DNA of 54,913 bases. It comes from a bacterium (GTDB lineage: Bacteria; Hinthialibacterota; Hinthialibacteria; Hinthialibacterales; Hinthialibacteraceae). The stretch is from contig JBHGBC010000017.1 of assembly GCA_041946805.1 (NCBI GenBank), forward strand, positions 1 through 54,913, read 5' to 3'. This document shows, one piece after another, positions 50,129-54,913 of the stretch. A model generated the notes under the pieces. That model was not told where the DNA came from. It made no database searches and was given only the letters and a program-made list of their open reading frames with translations. Numbering within the stretch: the first letter of the stretch is position 1; the number at the start of each line of letters is the position of its first letter. Position numbers and translations under genes: made by a program.

Positions 50129-51991
50129 ATGAAAATCTTGTTGGTCAACCACACGTTTCCCCCCGAATCCCTGGCCGGATCGGAGCTTTGCGTGTTGAAC
50201 CTGGCCAAGGAACTGCAAAACCGGGGGCACGCGGTGGCCGTGTTTTACCGGTTTCACGATCCCTCCCGGGATGAGTACGCGATCCGGGACGGGGAATATG
50301 AAGGCGTACCTACCCGCGCCGTCAACCACACGTTCCGGTTCGCCCGGAACTTTCAAGACATCTACATCGATACCGCCCTGGCTGCCCGCTTCGCCCATTT
50401 TTTAGGTGAGTTCCGTCCGGACGTCGTTCATTTTCATCACTTGACGAATCTCTCCCTTTCGCTCGTGTCCGAAACCAAGGCGTATGATTGCGCGACGATT
50501 ATCACCTTGCATGACTATTGGCTGCTCTGCCAGCGTGGCCAGCTGCTGAAGCGGGATTTAAGCCTGTGTCACGGCCCCACGGAGGACGGCTGCCGCTCGT
50601 GTCTCTCCCTGCAACTCTTGCGGGGCAATGCCCAGCGGGTGGTCGCGGCCTTATTGAAGGCGGGCTCCGGCATGCGACGGCGGCTGGAAGGTTTCCATGA
50701 TCTGCTGGATCTATCCCGCGCTGAAATAGATACACCCGACCGGCGGTTTGTGATGACCACTTCGTTCCACATGGGCGACGGGGAAAGGGAAACCCTGCAG
50801 GCGCACCCTCCCGCCGCGGTCCGGTATCCGCTGCGCATGGCTCACCCGGCGGTCTTCGAAGCCTCCATCGGCTTGCATCCATCCACCTACGCGCGGGAAG
50901 GCGGCGGGGTGATCTTCGAGGTGGAATGGAATAGAACCCTGCTCTTCCGCCGTTTGTTGAATCCCAAGACCGAATCCGGCCACCGCGCCTGGCATCCGGT
51001 GCGGATCGAGCTGGAACCCAATCCCGCCGGGGGTGAGTTGATCCTGCGCACCCGCCCGGAGTTGGAAAATAACAATCAGTTTTGCACGGCCGGCTGGATG
51101 TCGCCCCGTATCCAGGAACAACGGCCGGAATCAGCCACGCCGCCCCGGATTTCACCCCGCATACGGGAATTGAAAAATCTGGCCTATCAAGCGGCGGAGA
51201 TCGCGGCGGACGCAGTGGCCGCGTTCTCCCGCCGGGCGGAGGAAGGGATTCACCACCGCCGGGAATGGATTCGGCGGATCTTCATGGAGACGGATTTATT
51301 CATATCGCCATCCCGGTTCCTGCGGGATTTCTATATCCGTCATGGTTTGCCGGAAGAGAAAATCATCTTTCTCGACAACGGATTCATTCCGCCGGTTCCA
51401 CTGCCCCGGAGAAGAATCCGCAAACCACTCCGTTTTGGATACATCGGCACCTGGATTCCCCCCAAGGGTGTGGATATCGCCATGCGTGCTTTTCAGGCAA
51501 TCGATCCCACGCAGGCCCGGCTGGTGGTGCATGGCTTCTTTCCGGGATACGAAGGGCATGAGGAGTACGAAAGTGACTTGCGCGCCCTGGCCGGTCCGGC
51601 GGTGGAATGGGGCGGGAAGTACGAACCGGGAGAGGTATATTCCCGTTTGGCGGAATTGGATTGCTTGATCGTGCCCTCCATCTGGTGGGAGAACTCACCT
51701 CTGACCGTCCATGAAGCGTTTCTGGCCGGCGTGCCCGTTCTCACAGCGGATGTGGGCGGCATGGCGGAGCAAGTGCGCGAAGGAGGGGGACTGACCTTCC
51801 GCCACCGGGATCCGGAGAGCTTGCGTGCCTTGGTACAGCGGATCATAGACACGCCGGAAATCCTGAACGGCTTGCGGGCGGGAATCCCTGTCGTACAATC
51901 CTTGCGGGAGCAGGCGGATATCCTGGTGGACTGGTATGCCAACCGGTTGGCGGAGAAAAAATCCGGCGTTCGAGTTTATGAAATCCAATAA
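50129..51991 (+). CDS. GT4 (GT-B) glycosyltransferase with internal inserted domain
   Basis: MKILLVNHTFPP...GSE, PDVVHFHH, TLHDYWLLC, SPSRFL, FGYIG....PKG, PSIWWENSPLTVHEA; ~150 extra aa in the middle. Confidence 0.9.
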   Translation: MKILLVNHTFPPESLAGSELCVLNLAKELQNRGHAVAVFYRFHDPSRDEYAIRDGEYEGVPTRAVNHTFRFARNFQDIYIDTALAARFAHFLGEFRPDVVHFHHLTNLSLSLVSETKAYDCATIITLHDYWLLCQRGQLLKRDLSLCHGPTEDGCRSCLSLQLLRGNAQRVVAALLKAGSGMRRRLEGFHDLLDLSRAEIDTPDRRFVMTTSFHMGDGERETLQAHPPAAVRYPLRMAHPAVFEASIGLHPSTYAREGGGVIFEVEWNRTLLFRRLLNPKTESGHRAWHPVRIELEPNPAGGELILRTRPELENNNQFCTAGWMSPRIQEQRPESATPPRISPRIRELKNLAYQAAEIAADAVAAFSRRAEEGIHHRREWIRRIFMETDLFISPSRFLRDFYIRHGLPEEKIIFLDNGFIPPVPLPRRRIRKPLRFGYIGTWIPPKGVDIAMRAFQAIDPTQARLVVHGFFPGYEGHEEYESDLRALAGPAVEWGGKYEPGEVYSRLAELDCLIVPSIWWENSPLTVHEAFLAGVPVLTADVGGMAEQVREGGGLTFRHRDPESLRALVQRIIDTPEILNGLRAGIPVVQSLREQADILVDWYANRLAEKKSGVRVYEIQ

Positions 51992-52751
51992 ACCCACCGA
52001 CGTGTATTCCGCGTTCGCGGAAATCTACGACCTGGTCATGCGGGACGTGGATTACGACAGCTGGTCGCGGCATATCCTCGAACTGGCCGGCCGCTACCGG
52101 ATCGAGGTCCGCAAGATCCTGGAACTGGCCTGCGGGACGGGCAGCATGGCCTTGCGGCTGGCGGCCCAGGGGTATCAGGTCACGGGACTGGACCGCTCCG
52201 AGGAAATGCTGCGGTGGGCACGGGCCAAGAGCACCGCCGCCGGCCTGGAGATAGCCTTCCGCCAAGGGGATATGGAAGAGTTTTCCCGCTTGCCTCTGGA
52301 ACGGGATTTCGACCTGGTGATTTGCTTGTACGATAGTTTGAATTATCTGCTGACCGAGGAAGGCCTCCGCCGCTGCTTCCAGGAGGTGAACCGGCACCTC
52401 CGGCCGGCCGGCGGATTCATCTTCGATGTCACCACCGAGTACAACCTGCTGCACAATTTCGCCGGATTCACGTTCGCGGAAAATTTCGAGGAAGCCTCGT
52501 ACATTTGGGAGAACGAATACAACCTCACCCAGAAAATCTGCGACTCGAAGGTGACCATTTTTCTCCAGCGTCACGGCCGTTTCCAGAAACACATCGAAGT
52601 GCATTCGCAACGGGTCTATTCCACGCAACTGCTCTCGGACCTGCTCCGTAAAACCGGATTCGAAGTGCTGGGCCTCTATCACAACCTCACGTTGAAATCC
52701 GTGCAAGACGAGTGCGAACGGATTCACTTCGTCTGCCGGAAAGATACGTGA
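51978..52751 (+). CDS. Class I SAM-dependent methyltransferase
   Basis: FAEIYDLVM..VDY, ILELACGTG, GLDRSEEML, DSLNYL, GGFIFD; overlaps the GT4 stop. Confidence 0.92.
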   Translation: MKSNKPTDVYSAFAEIYDLVMRDVDYDSWSRHILELAGRYRIEVRKILELACGTGSMALRLAAQGYQVTGLDRSEEMLRWARAKSTAAGLEIAFRQGDMEEFSRLPLERDFDLVICLYDSLNYLLTEEGLRRCFQEVNRHLRPAGGFIFDVTTEYNLLHNFAGFTFAENFEEASYIWENEYNLTQKICDSKVTIFLQRHGRFQKHIEVHSQRVYSTQLLSDLLRKTGFEVLGLYHNLTLKSVQDECERIHFVCRKDT

Positions 52752-53408
52752 TTCCCAGGTGTGCGGCTGTTTTTTCAAGCGCCAACGGCGTATAAAAAGA
52801 TAGCCTAGGGCGTAAACCCGGGCTTAATAACAAAAAGCAACCACTTCCCGCTCCCTTTAAGGGAGAGGGATGGAAATCTGGGCAAGCTGAGAGAGAGGTA
52901 TGTATTGTTAATTTTATAATCCAGGAGGAAAACGGAATAGAACCGAAACCAGACCAATTCCCCTGTGGTTGTAAACTTGTAATCAAGGCAAGGACAGGAT
53001 TCAGCTGGACAAAGAGAATCTGAATAAAGGCCGCAAGACAACGGTCAGATCATCCATCGGAATAGTCTGGAAAACATTGCCATGGCCATCTATAGGCTTC
53101 AAGAGGGTCCGCAGGCCGCAGGGCCTGGAGAAAATCCTCTTCCCGCCGGTTATGCGGCCTTCACCACGCGCGTGAGATTTCACTATCCAATCCAGGCCGC
53201 GGCCGGCGGAGTAAGAAGTGGATCCAACCGTCCAGGCCGCCATCCAGGAATCAAAAACACTTTCGGCATACCTGACGCATCTGCATGAGATTCGCACATA
53301 ATGCGGACCATCGCGGCGTGACCTCCACGCTTGCCGCATCTTCTGAGAGACGCCATGTTTTTCATCGGCTTGCTTCCCGCTCAAAAAGATTTCCGCACAT
53401 TTCTTTTG

Positions 53409-53454
53409 TTGGGGTTGGGGTTGGGGTTGGGGTTGGGGTTGGGACTGGGACTGG
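53409..53454 (+). repeat. (TTGGGG)5 microsatellite with degenerate tail
   Basis: Five exact TTGGGG units (53409-53438), then TTGGGA CTGGGA CTGG. Confidence 0.9.
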
Positions 53455-53631
53455 TGATTTTCGGGATGGATCCGAGTAAATATAACCTTTCTTAATTCTG
53501 CGTACTACGCGAACCGGGTCAGGATGGCGTATCCTGCCTAATGATCTCCCATACCGTTTCGCTCCCGATATGCATATTGGTTTAATGGCTCTCAGATTAT
53601 TGGTTTAGATCCGGCAGCCGTCACGGATTAA

Positions 53632-53895
53632 TTAATGATAGAGCAGGTGCCGGACCAGCAGCCGCCGCAAATCCGGATCGAGGCCGAGGAGAAAGGACCG
53701 GCGGGCTTCAAACACCGGCGTGTCGTGGAACTTTTCGCATGCCCGCAGCAATTCCGGCAGCCGGTCCCACTTCCGTTCCTGGTACTGCCCGGCCGGCATC
53801 CGCTCGGCTTCTTCCACGGCCGGCTCCCCCACGATGCGAACGAACTCCGATCGGCTCGCTTCCCTCGTCTCCCGCGCAAGCATGGCGTTCTTCAC
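53632..53895 (-). CDS. Hypothetical protein (87 aa)
   Basis: GC-rich ORF with helical-looking sequence downstream of asd on the same strand; no family recognised. Confidence 0.45.
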   Translation of the reverse strand: MKNAMLARETREASRSEFVRIVGEPAVEEAERMPAGQYQERKWDRLPELLRACEKFHDTPVFEARRSFLLGLDPDLRRLLVRHLLYH

Positions 53896-53969
53896 TTTTC
53901 AACCCGGCGACCCGGGGAGAGACACGCTCCCCCCGGATTTATTATTAAATCGATAGGAATTGCTGAATC

Positions 53970-54913
53970 CTAAAAATACCCTTCCCGGATCAAGTACTCG
54001 GCTACCAGCACTTCGCCCTTGGCCGCCCCGCGCTTGGTGTTGTGCGAGAGGGCCACGTACTTGAGGCCGTGGGCGCCGAAGACCTCATCCTGGCGGATGC
54101 GGCCCACCACCGTGGACATCCCGCCGCCCAGGTCGCGGTCCAGCCGGGGCTGCGGACGGTTCTCCTCTTCCTTGACGAGGATGGTCTCGGCCGGGGCCGA
54201 GGGGAGATCGCCGTACGCCTTCCGGCAGGCCTCGTTGTACTCGCGGATGGCGGCGCGGTAATCATCGGGAGAGCAGGGTTTTTCGGTCTCCACGAAGATG
54301 GAGAGCATGTGGCCGTCGATGACCGCGACGCGGGTGCAGGTGCAACTGACCGGAAATCCGGCGAAGGCCAGCGCCCCGTTCCCGAATTTCCCCAGCGTCT
54401 TGACGGTTTCGAGCTGCACCTTGCCCTCTTCCTTGGCGATGAAAGGGATCATGTTGTCGACGATGTCGAGGGCGGGATTGCCGGGATACCCCGCGCCGGA
54501 CAGCGCCTGCATGGAGGTCATGAAGACCCGCTTGATCCCGAAGCGGTCGTAAATCGGCTTGAGCGAGATGATCAGGCCCATGGTGGTGCAGTTGGGGCCG
54601 GGCACGACAAAGCCCTTCCAGCCGCGCGCCTGCTGCTGCGCCTTGATGAGGGGCGCGTGCTCCGCGTTGACCTCGGGCACGAGGATGGGCACGTCGTTCT
54701 CGTAGCGGAACCCGGACGCGGTGCTGATCAACGGTTTGTGCGCCCCGAATTTCCCTTCCATCTCCTTCGAGACGTCCGAAGGCAGGGCCGAGAAGAACAC
54801 GTCGTAGCGGTCCACGTCGTTCAGGGCTTTCTCCACGTCCCCGACCTTCATCCGGGCGATTTCGGCCGGCATGGGGTTGGACGAAAACCATTTGGCGGCC
54901 TCGGCGTAGGTTT
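53970..54913 (-). CDS. asd: Aspartate-semialdehyde dehydrogenase (5' end outside window)
   Basis: FSALP, VPILVPEVN, PNCTT (catalytic Cys), MQALSGAGYPG, RVAVIDGH, RPQPRLDR, SHNTKRGAA; the frame stays open to the window edge. Confidence 0.95.
   Translation of the reverse strand, partial: TYAEAAKWFSSNPMPAEIARMKVGDVEKALNDVDRYDVFFSALPSDVSKEMEGKFGAHKPLISTASGFRYENDVPILVPEVNAEHAPLIKAQQQARGWKGFVVPGPNCTTMGLIISLKPIYDRFGIKRVFMTSMQALSGAGYPGNPALDIVDNMIPFIAKEEGKVQLETVKTLGKFGNGALAFAGFPVSCTCTRVAVIDGHMLSIFVETEKPCSPDDYRAAIREYNEACRKAYGDLPSAPAETILVKEEENRPQPRLDRDLGGGMSTVVGRIRQDEVFGAHGLKYVALSHNTKRGAAKGEVLVAEYLIREGYF

Noticed and set aside
53409..53454. Eukaryotic telomere contamination
   Set aside because: Only five units, internal, decaying into variant units and flanked by bacterial-type sequence; cannot be fully excluded without reads.
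53001..53479. Short ORFs in the gap after the methyltransferase
   Set aside because: No motifs, no clear RBS and conflicting overlapping frames; not called.
53911..53936. Hairpin CCGGGGAGAG/CTCCCCCCGG as asd terminator
   Set aside because: No U-tract on the minus strand where asd is transcribed; function unclear.

Overview
GC-rich bacterial chromosomal window; no rRNA, tRNA or CRISPR array recognised. In order: (1) the frameshifted 3' end of an IS66-type transposase whose terminus cuts into a small antitoxin-like gene. (2) A minus-strand surface-glycan locus: NusG-paralogue antiterminator, Wzz/GumC co-polymerase, O-antigen ligase/polymerase-family protein and wbpB/wbpD/wbpE-like diacetamido-uronic acid genes, interrupted by an MNT-HEPN toxin-antitoxin pair. 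(3) A TMTC-like GT-C/TPR glycosyltransferase, a Tat sulfatase and an SGNH hydrolase. (4) The most unusual part, an ~11.7 kb operon of four prepilin-leader proteins in H-I-J-K minor (pseudo)pilin order. Three of them carry Asp-rich DGxDNDGDGxxDE loops inserted into the pilin folds, the K-like subunit is 2157 aa with nested modules, and a Pro/Thr-linker secreted protein follows. (5) ThuA/DUF1080, comB, a CydA-like/cytochrome c fusion plus CydA-like partner, and a radical SAM enzyme. (6) A complete H+-type F1Fo ATP synthase operon, icd, mdh, an MBL hydrolase, PII, nadK and tlyA. (7) GT2, an NtrC-like regulator lacking GAFTGA, a GT4 with an inserted beta-sandwich, a methyltransferase and a partial asd. 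Intergenic regions are packed with several families of REP-like palindromes that form a recurring composite element. All calls come from reading motifs by eye; no searches were run.
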